A DNA stretch of 64,000 bases from an uncultured Spirochaetota bacterium (GTDB lineage: Bacteria > Spirochaetota > UBA4802 > UBA5550), in assembly GCA_963732395.1 (NCBI GenBank), contig CAVSZF010000003.1:114733-178732 (forward strand), given 5' to 3'. The notes below the pieces were generated by a model. The model had not been told where the DNA came from. It worked only from the letters and a program-made list of their open reading frames with translations, and ran no database searches. The position numbers and the translations under genes are program-made. This document shows positions 1-11,000 of the stretch, in pieces. How positions within the stretch are numbered: position 1 is the stretch's first letter; every line of letters starts with the position of its first letter.

Positions 1-529
1 AGGCGCCCCAGAGGGGGTTGTACTTGTACATACCGAAATACGCTTCGCCGTTATAGACGAAATTGATGTGCCCCTCGTCACGTCCCGCCTTGAGACCCCT
101 GTTCATCTCCGCACGCCTGGTTTCATCGGGGAAGGAGCCGTATGAGGGCACCGCATGGTGCGGGCCCCCATCTCTCCCGGTCTTCCTGGCCTGGAAGAGT
201 ATCCTGCCTCCCGGTTCGAAACCGATAAAAAGGGCCTTCGAGTTTTTCAGCTCGTGGGCCCCTTTCTTCTCTATGCTCAGGATCGATTCGTCCCTGTTTT
301 TGTCGTACTGCAATATCTCGTACTGGTCGTTACAATAGGAATAGATGTTCTTCAGGTCCTTGGTCAGGAGCTGGTTCATGAGGGCCAGCAACTCCGACCT
401 GTTCATGACGAGATTGATATAATTGGAGGAAAAATTCGAGATGAGGATAAAAAGGCCGAAACTCACGATTATTTTGAGGGTTACCGGCCAGACCCTGGCG
501 GTTTTGATTTTTTTCCCGAACATCATCAT
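1..529 (-). CDS. membrane-anchored sensor/signalling protein, N-terminal part only (gene runs off the left edge)
   Basis: Hand translation of the minus strand from ATG 529-527 (GGAGAG a few nt upstream) stays open to nt 2. It is absent from the ORF track because there is no stop in the window. MMMFGKKIKTARVWPVTLKIIVSFGLFILISNFSSNY... gives a short N-terminus, one hydrophobic helix, then a soluble region. Function is inferred from topology only. Confidence 0.45.
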   Translation of the reverse strand, partial: MMMFGKKIKTARVWPVTLKIIVSFGLFILISNFSSNYINLVMNRSELLALMNQLLTKDLKNIYSYCNDQYEILQYDKNRDESILSIEKKGAHELKNSKALFIGFEPGGRILFQARKTGRDGGPHHAVPSYGSFPDETRRAEMNRGLKAGRDEGHINFVYNGEAYFGMYKYNPLWGA

Positions 530-824
530 TGTCTCTCCGAGAGCGCGATTTCAAACGCTCCCTGCCGATAGGATAGCAGAAAGGGGGACCATGTCAAGAT
601 TAATACCACTTTCCGCTATTCAGGACACATGTGCCATTTCAACTCCTTTTCGATCCAGCCGGGCCCCAACTTTTACTTGAAATATTTCAATTATTATCCG
701 ATATATGTAGTGGCGAGAGACGCCGCGGAATCGCCGGATACGGCTCATGCTGGTTCCCGCACATCCCGGCGGCTTCCATCCGGCCATAGTATACGATTCG
801 ACATCATACGTGAGAGGGATCATT

Positions 825-1676
825 ATGATTACAAGTTCCGTTCCGAGAGAAGCCGTAGTCATCTACAACCAGGCCCTCGAGCTTTCAAATCAGGGCGATC
901 ATGACGCAGCCCTTGGCGAATACAGGCGGGCCATAGAGGCGTATCCCGCATTCGTTGCGGCCTACAACAACATCGGCGAAATCCACGCCCAGAGGGGCGA
1001 GAGCGACAGGGCTATCTCGTCCTACCTGGAAGCGTTAAAAATCGAACCGCACCACCGCGTACTGCTCAATCTGGGGGTGGAGCACTACAACAGGGAACAC
1101 TTCGACCAGGCCCTCAAGTATTTCAAGGAGTCGGTGGCGCGCGAGCCCCGATTCGTCGAGGGGAACTACTACGCGGGGCTCGTTTGCTACAACAAAACCG
1201 ACTATAAAAAGGCGGAAAAATTCCTGGGCGAAGTCATCAAATGCGACGAACGCCACCTGAAGGCCAACTATCTCCTCGCCCACATATACTACGAGTTGAA
1301 ACAGTATAAAAAAACGATCGAGTGCCTCGACAGGATCAGGGACATGGCCGAGGACAGGTCCTTCATCAACCGATTCTACGGCTTCTGCTGCTTTTATCTG
1401 GGGCGATACGACGACGCGGTGTCCTATCTCACCGAGGCCCTGGAATGCAGGCCCGAATACGCGCGGTTCAGGAAATACCTGGAGAAGATCACCTACGAAA
1501 ACAAGATGAAGGAAATCGGAGACCTCGGGAAGGCGATTCAGGAGCTCGAGGAGGAACTCAAGAACCGTGAGCCCCACGTCCTGGACCTCACCAAGCTCAG
1601 CATGCTCTACATATTCAAAGGTGAGCACAAAAAAGCGGAAAAGCTCCTCGAGACCCACAAGAAAAAGCTCGCATAG
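825..1676 (+). CDS. TPR repeat protein
   Basis: ORF track 747-1676. Preferred start is ATG 825, preceded by GAGAGGGA. Serial 34-aa TPR signatures (AALGEYRRAIEAYPAFVAAYNNIGEIH, AISSYLEALKIEP, ALKYFKESVAREP, AVSYLTEALECRP). Confidence 0.85.
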   Translation: MITSSVPREAVVIYNQALELSNQGDHDAALGEYRRAIEAYPAFVAAYNNIGEIHAQRGESDRAISSYLEALKIEPHHRVLLNLGVEHYNREHFDQALKYFKESVAREPRFVEGNYYAGLVCYNKTDYKKAEKFLGEVIKCDERHLKANYLLAHIYYELKQYKKTIECLDRIRDMAEDRSFINRFYGFCCFYLGRYDDAVSYLTEALECRPEYARFRKYLEKITYENKMKEIGDLGKAIQELEEELKNREPHVLDLTKLSMLYIFKGEHKKAEKLLETHKKKLA

Positions 1677-1688
1677 GGTCCGCGCGAT

Positions 1689-1735
1689 CTCCCCGGCGGC
1701 GCACGCCGGGGAGGGACCGTCCCTCCTTTTTTTTT
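1689..1735 (+). terminator. rho-independent terminator after the TPR gene
   Basis: Stem CTCCCCGGC (1689-1697) / GCCGGGGAG (1705-1713), then a short second stem GAGGG/CCCTC, then a T9 run at 1727-1735. Starts 13 nt after the stop codon. Confidence 0.8.
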
Positions 1736-1812
1736 ATTGCATTCCATGACACGGTATGGTAGCATCACAGCCATGCGTCGCATCGCATATATCACGCAGG
1801 GAGGAGTACACC

Positions 1813-2064
1813 ATGACATTACAGGGCATACTGATTCTACTGTTTATCGGACTCGTGGCCGGGTGGCTGGCGGGACTCATATGGAAGGGAGGGGGCTTCG
1901 GGCTTCTCTGGAACCTGGTCATCGGGGTCGCGGGCTCCTTCATCGGGGGCTTTATCTTCCGGCTGCTCGGCATATCCTTCCACGGGATCATCGGTTCGAT
2001 CATCGCCGCCCTGGTGGGGGCCCTTCTCCTCCTGGTCATCGTGAACGCCATCAGAAGAAGGTGA
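1813..2064 (+). CDS. GlsB/YeaQ/YmgE family (transglycosylase-associated) small membrane protein
   Basis: ORF track 1756-2064. Start ATG 1813 follows GGGAGGAG. MTLQGILILLFIGLVAGWLAGLIWKGGGFGLLWNLVIGVAGSFIGGFIF is the glycine-rich 3-TM pattern typical of this family. Confidence 0.85.
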   Translation: MTLQGILILLFIGLVAGWLAGLIWKGGGFGLLWNLVIGVAGSFIGGFIFRLLGISFHGIIGSIIAALVGALLLLVIVNAIRRR

Positions 2065-2299
2065 CTCACATTTCACCACGGCCATGGTCATCCCTTTAGA
2101 CGATTGCCGTGATTGCCGTTGCCATGTCGCGGAGCACGGATCCGTCGTCATCTGCCTTGACGGCGGCTCCGCCGCGGCGCGGAACCTCTTCCATTCCGAC
2201 TGGGGGCCCGCCTACGTCATCGGCTGCCCTCTGGATCACGCGTGCGAAACGATGGAGCGCGAAGACATGGCGTAGCGGGAAGCCCCACCGTCCCGTGGC

Positions 2300-2680
2300 C
2301 TATCCGGTGATCGCCTCGATCTCCCTCCGGAAGGCCTCCTGGGAGGCCGAGGGCGAGTAGACCTGAAGGGGTATCAGCTTCCTCATGTTGCCGGACACCT
2401 TTATCTTTCTCGCCACCCATCCCTTCATCCCCGCCGACCAGTCGCCGCGGACAAGGATGGCAAGGGCGTAATCCGCGGGCATCGACATCTCGACGTCCGC
2501 GCCTTCTGCGTGGCCCCTTTCCATGACGCCTCCCCTCATCGACATCAGGACCTCGCCGTCGTCCGTGCCTATTGTAAGGTTCACCGTCACGTCCCTCATC
2601 GCCTTTGGTATTTCAATATCCCGAGCGGCACCCTTGAGCTCTTCCACCTTCGCGAACCATTCGTCAGATAAAAATTTCAT
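2300..2680 (-). CDS. SCP2 sterol-binding domain protein
   Basis: 126-aa ORF. C-terminal ...ADYALAILVRGDWSAGMKGWVARKIKVSGNMRKLIPLQ resembles the SCP2 lipid-carrier fold signature. Its start shares 1 nt with the upstream stop (TAATG). Confidence 0.65.
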   Translation of the reverse strand: MKFLSDEWFAKVEELKGAARDIEIPKAMRDVTVNLTIGTDDGEVLMSMRGGVMERGHAEGADVEMSMPADYALAILVRGDWSAGMKGWVARKIKVSGNMRKLIPLQVYSPSASQEAFRREIEAITG

Positions 2681-4644
2681 TACAGCTTCCTCCCTGTTTC
2701 CGAACCCTCCCGTATCGCCTCAAGGACCTGTCGCGGCTCACGCGCATCGCCTATCACATAGACCTCACCGCCCCCCCCCCGAACGGGGCCTGAAAGCTCA
2801 TCAAGAGGCTCCGACCCCGCGGCAATGACGACAGCGTCCATACCCGAGATCCGCTCCTCTCCCCAGGGCCTGGCTACGACCGCTCCGTCCCCGGTGATCT
2901 CCTTCACTGCGGCCGAGACCAGGATATTCACCCCCTTTCGCCGCAGCTCTTCCATCATCAGTTCTCGCGCCCCGCTGTACATATCCGCGGCCGGTGTGTC
3001 AGTCATCTCGAGGACCGTCACCTCGGTCCGCCCGATGGTGATGTTGTCGCCGTTCGAGGCGAGCATAAGGGCGGCCTCGCACCCCACCATGCCGCCCCCC
3101 ACCACCAGGACCCTGCCGGGGGGTATGTCGACCGAACCCCCGATCACCTCCCTCGCGGTTGTGACATTCGATCCTTCCGCGCCGGGCAGATCCAGCCTTC
3201 GGGACCGAGCCCCCGTTGCGACCACCAGTACATCCGGCCGTATCGCCCCGACCAGTTCCGGGGTGACCTCTTCCCCCATTTTCAGTACGGCCCCTGCCTT
3301 CCCGGCCTGGAGGGCGAGATACTTCGTAACCTTGCAGAGCTCCTGCTTCCCCGGGGGCATGGCGGCGAGGTTGAACTGCCCGCCCGGTTTCGTTTCACGC
3401 TCGCAGAGCGTGACGTCATGGCCGGCAAGGGCGGCCACCCGGGCGCACTCGAGGCCGGCGGGACCGCCCCCCGCCACCAGCACCTTCTTCCTTTTCGCCG
3501 CAGGACGTATTTCCATTTCCCGCTCCCGTCCCACGGCGGGATTCACGATGCAGGTCATGTCACCGCCACGCTCGCGGTTCCTCACGCACCCGAGGCCGCA
3601 GCCGACGCAGGGAGCGATATCGTCCCAGTCCCCCGCTGCGGCCTTCGCCGGCCATTCCGGATCGGCAAGGAGGGCGCGGCCCAGAACCGCCATGTCCGCG
3701 TCGCCCCGTTCAATGATCCGCCCGGCCATGGCCGGTTCCAGTATCCTTCCCACCACCATGACCGGCACTCCGGCGGCGCGCCTGATCATGGCCGCCCCGC
3801 CCGCGTTGATGCAGCGGGGGGTTCCGGTGGGGGGTATCACGCGCCATGCCAGATCCGGATAAACCCCGCCGGACACGTGAAAGGCGGCAACGCCCGCGCG
3901 AACGAAAAGTGTGGCGATATATTCCGTTTCCCGGATGTCCCTTCCGCCCGGGACCGGCTCGTCGGCCGATATGCGCATGATAATGGGGAAATCCTCCCCC
4001 GCCGCTGCCCTGATGGCCCCAAGAACCTCCAGGGGAAACCTGGTTCTGCCGGGTATGTCCCCGCCATATTCATCCATCCGACGGTTTCTGAGGGCCGACA
4101 GAAAAGATCCGACGAGCATATAGGCGTGGGCCGCGTGAAGCTCGATGCCGTCAAAGCCCGCTTCGCGGGCGCGACGCGCCGCGGCGGCGAACTGCGCAAC
4201 GACGCCGGGGATCTCTCCCCCCTCGATCTCACGGCACCTCATTCGCGTCAGATTGTTCACGATTCCCGCGGTAGGGCCGATCGTCGTGATCCCGTTGAAA
4301 AGGGGCGATAGTGACTCCGGCCCCGGGTGCGCGATCTGGGGGATGATCCGCGCACCGCGGGCGTGGACCGCATCGACAAGGCGACGCAATCCCGGGATGA
4401 AGGAATCGTCCCACAGACCCAGGGTACGCGGGATGTAGGGAAAGCTGCCGTCGACCGTACAGACCTCGAGTATGACAAGCCCCACGCCGCCCCGGGCACG
4501 CGCCTCGTAGTAATCGATGAGACGGTCGGTTACAGTCCCGTCCCCCTCGGCGAAATCGGTCGCCATAGGGGCCATGGCGATCCTGTTTCTGATCTCCATG
4601 GTCCCGATTGTAAGGGGGGTGAAAAGCCCTTCAGTTTGCGGCAT
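2680..4644 (-). CDS. OYE-type NADH:flavin oxidoreductase fused to an FAD/NAD(P)-binding domain (2,4-dienoyl-CoA reductase-like)
   Basis: ORF track 2680-4680. Start ATG 4644 (MPQTEGLF...) has GGAGGG 9 nt upstream. N-terminal TIM-barrel motifs (FDGIELHAAHAYML), Cys cluster CVGCGLGCV, two Rossmann motifs (VLVAGGGPAGLE, VLVVGGGMVGCE). Confidence 0.9.
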   Translation of the reverse strand: MPQTEGLFTPLTIGTMEIRNRIAMAPMATDFAEGDGTVTDRLIDYYEARARGGVGLVILEVCTVDGSFPYIPRTLGLWDDSFIPGLRRLVDAVHARGARIIPQIAHPGPESLSPLFNGITTIGPTAGIVNNLTRMRCREIEGGEIPGVVAQFAAAARRAREAGFDGIELHAAHAYMLVGSFLSALRNRRMDEYGGDIPGRTRFPLEVLGAIRAAAGEDFPIIMRISADEPVPGGRDIRETEYIATLFVRAGVAAFHVSGGVYPDLAWRVIPPTGTPRCINAGGAAMIRRAAGVPVMVVGRILEPAMAGRIIERGDADMAVLGRALLADPEWPAKAAAGDWDDIAPCVGCGLGCVRNRERGGDMTCIVNPAVGREREMEIRPAAKRKKVLVAGGGPAGLECARVAALAGHDVTLCERETKPGGQFNLAAMPPGKQELCKVTKYLALQAGKAGAVLKMGEEVTPELVGAIRPDVLVVATGARSRRLDLPGAEGSNVTTAREVIGGSVDIPPGRVLVVGGGMVGCEAALMLASNGDNITIGRTEVTVLEMTDTPAADMYSGARELMMEELRRKGVNILVSAAVKEITGDGAVVARPWGEERISGMDAVVIAAGSEPLDELSGPVRGGGGEVYVIGDAREPRQVLEAIREGSETGRKL

Positions 4645-4666
4645 TATCGGCGTCCCTCCGTGGCGG

Positions 4667-5758
4667 TCATGATTTCTCAAGATAGACGGTACTTGTGGGA
4701 TAGGCGAATTCTATGCCACGGGCGCCGAATTCCTCGAAAATGGCGAAATTGATCGCCTGCTGGACGTTCATGTAATTTCCGTAATCGGCGCCGTTCACGT
4801 AATAGACCACCTCGAAGTTAAGGCTTGAATCGCCATAGTCCTTGAAATGGGCCCGGTCGAAGGTCGCTTCTTCCATAGGGTCGATGATCCCCCGTATGAT
4901 CTCCGGTATCTCCCTCAGGCGATCGAGCGTTGTCTGATAGGTGACGCCGAAGGAAAAGAGGACCCTGCGCTTTTCCATCTTCCTGTAATTGTGAATCCGC
5001 GAGTTGGTGAGGTCGGTGTTCGATATGATGATCTGCTCGCCGCTCAGGCTCGTGATCCTGGTCGTCTTGATGCCGATCTTTTCGATCGTCCCCATTTTTT
5101 CATCAAGTATGATGAAGTCCCCTGTCTGAAAGGGACGGTCGAAGAATATCACGAAATAGTTAAAGAGGTCTTTCAGGATATGCTGGGAAGCCAGGGCGAG
5201 GGCGACACCGCCGATCCCAAGCCCCGCGATCACGGCGGAGATGTTGAAGCCGAGGTTCGCCATCATGAAAAGGATCCCCACCGACCATGCCACTATGTTG
5301 ATGAAGGCGGTGAGTCCCCCCAGGCTCCTGTCAATCTCCTCCTCCCCTTTCTCCGTGTCCCTGTTTTTGAGATAGGTCCTGATCGAAATCCGTATAAAGG
5401 CCACGGCAAACCTGATGCTGGAAAGGGATACCAGGACGATGAAGGCGCCGCGAATAAGATCGCCCACCCGTGGAGAGAGGACCAGGATGCCGGCGATCGA
5501 ATAGTAGAGGAGTATGACATGAAGAACGGGCGGGACATATTTCCTGACGGTCGTGACCAGCACCTCGTCGATGATAAAGTCGCGCCCCTTCACCATCCGT
5601 TTGAGCCTGCCGAGAACGACCTTTTTTATGATGAAAATAAGAAAGGTGCCGCCGATAAACACGGAGACGGCGATGGCGTATTTCAGCATTGTATTGCCGT
5701 ATACTTCGGTCATGATCATCTGTTCAAGCATTCCACGCTCCAGGCTGTTGAATTTCAC
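4667..5758 (-). CDS. mechanosensitive ion channel (MscS family)
   Basis: 363 aa. Several N-terminal TM helices, then the conserved MscS core FDRPFQTGDFIILDEKMGTIEKIGIKTTRITSLSGEQIIISNTDL. Confidence 0.9.
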   Translation of the reverse strand: MKFNSLERGMLEQMIMTEVYGNTMLKYAIAVSVFIGGTFLIFIIKKVVLGRLKRMVKGRDFIIDEVLVTTVRKYVPPVLHVILLYYSIAGILVLSPRVGDLIRGAFIVLVSLSSIRFAVAFIRISIRTYLKNRDTEKGEEEIDRSLGGLTAFINIVAWSVGILFMMANLGFNISAVIAGLGIGGVALALASQHILKDLFNYFVIFFDRPFQTGDFIILDEKMGTIEKIGIKTTRITSLSGEQIIISNTDLTNSRIHNYRKMEKRRVLFSFGVTYQTTLDRLREIPEIIRGIIDPMEEATFDRAHFKDYGDSSLNFEVVYYVNGADYGNYMNVQQAINFAIFEEFGARGIEFAYPTSTVYLEKS

Positions 5759-5773
5759 CTTCCCCCGAAGTGA

Positions 5774-6238
5774 TTACAGGAGGGTCATGTCGAATTTCCA
5801 GTAGGGCCCTTCCCTGACGAAATGAAGCTCCATTCCGTTTCGCACCCGCACGATCGCCATGTTCCCCTTCCGGTTCACGGCGACCACCGGATGACGCGTC
5901 GCGGCGATGAAGGCGTTGCGCTCTCTGTCGACCCTGAGCATAAGGGCGCAGTAATCGCGCACCGTGAGGCTGCGCAGCCTCCCCGCGGGCACGCCCAATC
6001 CCTTTGAAAGCGACACCCGGGTGCGCGCGTCCATGTGTGAGAAAAGGAGGGTCATCCGCCTCACCTTCAGCACGCTCTCCATCGAGAGCATCCCCTCCAG
6101 AGCCGCGGCGTCGGAACCATCGCACGCGGTTTTCAGCACACGAAAGGCGGCCCGGGGTGTGAGGGGGTCCCGGGGCGCACACGCGAAAAGGGATATCGCG
6201 CCCGCGAAGCAGAGGGCCGCACGGCTCACCAGATGCAT
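5774..6238 (-). CDS. hypothetical lipoprotein
   Basis: 154-aa ORF with signal peptide and a lipobox-like AISLFAC. No family recognised. Overlaps the panC stop by 13 nt. Confidence 0.6.
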   Translation of the reverse strand: MHLVSRAALCFAGAISLFACAPRDPLTPRAAFRVLKTACDGSDAAALEGMLSMESVLKVRRMTLLFSHMDARTRVSLSKGLGVPAGRLRSLTVRDYCALMLRVDRERNAFIAATRHPVVAVNRKGNMAIVRVRNGMELHFVREGPYWKFDMTLL

Positions 6239-7095
6239 ACCGGCCCATCCTCGGTGACATCAACGATCATGTTGTCGATAAGACGGGTGCCCCCGTAGAA
6301 GACAGCGACCGCGATGACCGATTTTCCCTCTATAACGTCGACCGGTCCCAGGTCTTCATAGCTCACAACCGATATGTAGTCGATCGAATCAGGGGAGGAT
6401 TCCTCCACCGACCCCCTGATCGCCCCGGCGAGGGCCCCGGCGCTCCGTTCGCCGGCACGCAGCATCGCCTCGGCCTTCCCCAGGCCACGCGACAGGGCAA
6501 TGGCACGAACGCGCTCGTCGGCCGAAAGGCGCGCGTTCCGTGAGCTCATCGCCAGGCCGTCATCTTCCCTGATCGTGGGGGCAATGATGATCGAAAGGGG
6601 GAAATCGAGGTCCCTCGTCATCTTATCTATGCTCACCGCCTGCTGGATGTCCTTCTGCCCGAAGACCGCAACATCGGGCTGGACAATATTGAAAAGCTTG
6701 GCGACCACGGTATAGACCCCCCTGAAATGTCCCGGCCGGTGTGCGCCGCAGAGATGCTCGGTGAGAATCTCCACGTCGACATAGGCAAGACGGCGGCGAT
6801 ACATCTCTTCCTCACCCGGAATAAAGACGAGGTCAACGCCGGCGTCGCGCGCAAGGGCGCAATCCCGTTCCAGGTCGATCGGGTAGGTGTCGAAATCCTT
6901 CGGGTCGTTGAACTGAATCCGGTTGACGAAGATGCTCATGACCTGGTACCCGGCATGCCTCTTCGACTCCTCCACCAGGGAAAGGTGCCCCCTGTGCAGG
7001 TAGCCCATGGTGGGCACAAAGCCGATCCGCCTGCCCGTCCCGCGGGCCGCCGCGACATGGGCGCGAACTTCATTGATGGTGTGCGCTATCTGCAT
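6226..7095 (-). CDS. panC: pantoate--beta-alanine ligase
   Basis: 289 aa. GFVPTMGYLHRGHLSLV (HIGH-type motif) and FGQKDIQQ are characteristic of PanC. GGAGGAAAC precedes the ATG. Confidence 0.95.
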   Translation of the reverse strand: MQIAHTINEVRAHVAAARGTGRRIGFVPTMGYLHRGHLSLVEESKRHAGYQVMSIFVNRIQFNDPKDFDTYPIDLERDCALARDAGVDLVFIPGEEEMYRRRLAYVDVEILTEHLCGAHRPGHFRGVYTVVAKLFNIVQPDVAVFGQKDIQQAVSIDKMTRDLDFPLSIIIAPTIREDDGLAMSSRNARLSADERVRAIALSRGLGKAEAMLRAGERSAGALAGAIRGSVEESSPDSIDYISVVSYEDLGPVDVIEGKSVIAVAVFYGGTRLIDNMIVDVTEDGPVCIW

Positions 7096-7149
7096 GTTTC
7101 CTCCATCATCCCCCCCACCTATCCCCTCCCATCAAGGGAGGGTACTGCT

Positions 7150-7995
7150 TCACGCCTTCTCCGCAGCCACGAGCATCATGTCCCCCAGTCGGAAACGCTT
7201 TGCCAGCACGTCTGCCAGTTTTCTCGCCGGGGAGCCGGGTGCGCCGAAGCCGCTGCCGTAGGTCGCGTATCCCGTCACCCTGAATCCCCTTCGCTCGAGG
7301 ATTTTCATCATCGCCCCGCGCGAAAAAAAATAGAGGTGCTCCGGGAAATTATAATAGCGCCACCCGCTCCCGTAGAACCGCATGAAATTCGCTCCACCGG
7401 CACGGCATGTGGAGATATAGAGACGCCCGCCCACTGCCAGTTCGTCGTAGGCCTTTTCGAGAAACCGCTCCGGATAGTGCATGTGCTCGATCGACGCCCA
7501 GAGCGTTATCAGATTGAAGGGCCTGGCGAAGGCTATCTCCAGGTAGTCGTCCTCATACACCGGCATGCCGGCGCCCCGTGCGAATTCCACGCAATCGGGG
7601 GATATGTCAACGCCGGTGACGTCCCAGCCGCGATTGTGAAGATACATGAGGAAGTAGCCCGCGGCACAGCCGATGTCGAGGACCCTTTTTTCCGCCGGCA
7701 GCGACCTCTCGAAATCGTAGAAACCGAGGTCACGGAGGTTCAGTTTGATGACCCGCTCGATCTCACGGCGCGTGGCGTCTGAAAAATAGTTATCGTAGCC
7801 CCTGTCGGTGCGCTCGGTGAAGTAGGATTCCCGGTAGTATTTCCCGATCTCGTCGCGGCAGGGCCTGGGTGAGAGGAACCGGAGCCCGCATCGGGGGCAC
7901 TTAACCAGTGTATAGACGACACCGTCAGGACCCCCCTTCCGGAAAAGGGGGTTCCCGCCCTCTTTCCCGCATATGGCGCATCGTACTTCTTCCAT
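7150..7995 (-). CDS. class I SAM-dependent methyltransferase with N-terminal zinc ribbon
   Basis: 281 aa. CAICG...CPRCG ribbon, then SAM motif I VLDIGCAAGYF. Confidence 0.8.
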   Translation of the reverse strand: MEEVRCAICGKEGGNPLFRKGGPDGVVYTLVKCPRCGLRFLSPRPCRDEIGKYYRESYFTERTDRGYDNYFSDATRREIERVIKLNLRDLGFYDFERSLPAEKRVLDIGCAAGYFLMYLHNRGWDVTGVDISPDCVEFARGAGMPVYEDDYLEIAFARPFNLITLWASIEHMHYPERFLEKAYDELAVGGRLYISTCRAGGANFMRFYGSGWRYYNFPEHLYFFSRGAMMKILERRGFRVTGYATYGSGFGAPGSPARKLADVLAKRFRLGDMMLVAAEKA

Positions 7996-8032
7996 GGGAT
8001 CATCCTCCAGAATCCGCCAGCCTCGAGGCGGG

Positions 8033-11000
8033 TTACTGCTGGTGGCTCATCGAGAAACCGATGGACTCCTGGCCCACGATCTTCGCGAGATCCTTCATGA
8101 GACTGTCTGACGGTTTAATGTTGAACGTCGAATGCGCCTGAATCACCTGCTCGCCTTCCCTGGCGTTGACGTGGAAAAAGACGGGGCATTCTCCCCTGTG
8201 GCGCGTGAACACCGATTCGAGGGAGCGCAGGACCAGGTCATCGACCCCTATCGAATTGAAATTTATATGCAGTGCGGAAATGGCGTCACGGCGCACATCC
8301 TTCAGGGAACGGACTCCGGTGGCGATCAGCTTCATGGCGGTATCGCTTTCCGCCTCGATCACGCCGGTTATCATGACCGGCTCGCCGCCGCTTATCAACT
8401 CCTCATGCTTGACGAGAACCTTCTCGAAAAAGACGACTCCGAGGGTCCCCTCCATGTCCTCAAGGTCCGCCAGGGCGAAACGCTTTCCGGTCTTCTGTGC
8501 CCGCCTCATCTGGATGTTGGTGATCATACCGACGATCGATACCGTACGGCCGCCGTGCTCTTCAGTCAATTCCGAAAGTGACACGGATGAAAGGGCCCGG
8601 ATCTCCTTTTCATACCGGGCAAGGGGATGGCCGGACAGATAGAGACCGAGTACCTCCTTCTCCCGCGCCAGCCTCTCGTTGTCGTACCAGGGGGGAATGT
8701 CGAGAAGATCGATACGGCTCCCGGCCTCGCCCCCGGGACTCCCGCCTCCGAAGAGATTCCCCTGCCCGGAGGCCAGATCCTCCTGGAGACGGCGCCCCGC
8801 CTCCAGCATGACATCGATCGACGCGAATAGCTGGGCCCGATTGTTGTGAAGGCAATGGAAGGCGCCGGCCTTCACCAGGGACTCGAGCACGCCCCTGTTG
8901 ACCGTGAGGGAATCGACCTGCTCGAGGAAGTCCCTGAGGGTGCCAAAGACGCCGATCCGGTTTCTGGCGGAAAGTATCGATTCGATCGCCTTCGCGCCCA
9001 CGCCTTTTATGGCGGAGAGCCCGAAGCGGATCGACTTCCCTTCTATGGTAAAATCGAACCCGCTGGCGTTGATCGAGGGGGGCAACACCTCTATCCCCGC
9101 GCTCCGGCAGTCGTTGATGTACTGTATCACGTCATCCTGCCTGTCCGGCTGGGCGGAAAGGAGTGATGTCATGTACTGAAGGGGATAATGGGCCTTCAGG
9201 TAGGCCGTCTGGTAGGCCACCAGGGCGTACGCGGCGGAATGCGACTTGTTGAAGCCGTACTCGCCGAATTTTTTTATCATGCCGTAGAGACGCTCGGCAA
9301 GCTTTCGGTCGATCTTGTTCTTTTCCGCACCCTTGAGGAACTTTTCCTCGAGGGCTCCGATCACATCGATGAGCTTTTTCCCCATGGCCTTGCGCAGCTT
9401 GTCCGCCTCGGGCATGGTGAACCCGGCGATGAGCTGGGATATCCGCATCACCTGCTCCTGGTAGACCACGACCCCCAGGGTGTCGCGCAGAACCGGTTCA
9501 AGCAACGGGTGCGGGTACTCGACCTTCTCCGGGTCGCGCTTCCTCTCGATGAACATGTCCGCCATGCCGGAATTGAGGGGGCCGGGCCGGTAAAGGGCCA
9601 CGATGGCGATGATGTCCTCGAAGCATGTGGGACCAAGGCGCCGGAGAAGGGTCTGCATGCCGCTGCTCTCGAGCTGGAACACGCCCTTGGTGTCGGCCCG
9701 CTGGAGGAGTTTGTAGGTTTCCCTGTCGTCGAGGGGGATGGTGTCGATGTCGATCTCGGCGCCGGCGTTCTCCCTGACCAGCCTGACGCACCTGTCGATG
9801 ATGCTCAGGTTCTTGAGGCCGAGGAAGTCCATCTTCACCAGCCCCGCCAGCTCCAGGGCGTTCTTCTCGAACTGCGACGACACCGCGCCGTCCTTGTCCA
9901 TGTAGAGGGGCACGTTGTCCGTCAGGGGGCCGCGAGAAATGACGATCCCGGCGGCATGGCGCCCGGCAGAGCGTACAAGCCCCTCCAGCTTGAGGGAGGT
10001 ATCGATCAGGTCGCGGCCCACCTCCGGGTCCCGGTGGAGGGCCTGGAACTCCTTCGACTTGCCGAGGGTATCCCTGAGATCCTTCTCCTCGATCATCTTG
10101 CTGATCTCGTTGGCCCTCTGGAAGGGAACATCCATGGCCCGCGCCACGTCCTTGATCACCGCCTTCGCCTTCATCTTGTTGAAGGTGATGATCTGGCTCA
10201 CATGGTCCTCGCCATATTTCGCCTTGACGTAGTCGATGACCTCGTCCCGCCGGTTGGCGCAGAAATCCAGGTCCATGTCCGGCATCTCGTTCCGTTCCGG
10301 GTTGAGAAAACGCTCGAAGAGCAGATCATAACGGAGCGGGTCGAGGGCGGTGATTCCCAGGCAGTAGGACACCATCGAGCCGGCCGCCGAACCGCGGCCG
10401 GGGCCCACCGGTATCCCCATCTTGCGCGCGTAATTGATGACGTCCCAGACGATCAGGAAGTATCCGGAGAATTTCATGCTGGTGATCACCGATATCTCGT
10501 AGTCGATGCGCTTCCGGACCTCATCGGACACCGCGCCGGCGTATCTGGCCCGCGCCCCTTCCGTGACCAGGTGCCGAAGATAGGTATCCAGATTGAACCC
10601 TTCCGGCACGGTAAAATCGGGGAGTATGGGCGTGCCCAGATCGAGCTCAAGTTCCACCATCTCGCTTATGGCGCGGGTGTTGGCGAGGGCTTCCGGGTAA
10701 TCGGAAAAGATGGCGTACATCTCCTCCGGCGTTTTTATGTAAAATTCGTCCGAGGGAAACTTCATCCGGTCGCCGTCCCTCATCAGCTTGCCGGTCTGTA
10801 CGCAGAGGAGAACCTCGTGGGATCGGGAGTCCTCCCGGTTAACATAGTGGGAGTCGTTGGTGGCGATCATCGGGATGTCAAGTTCGGAGGCGATCCTGAC
10901 AAGACCCGCGTTTGCGGTCTCCTGTTCCTTCAGCCCATGGTACTGCAGTTCCAGGTAGAAGTTCTCCCTGCCGAAAATCTCCCTGAAGCGGCCCGCGAGC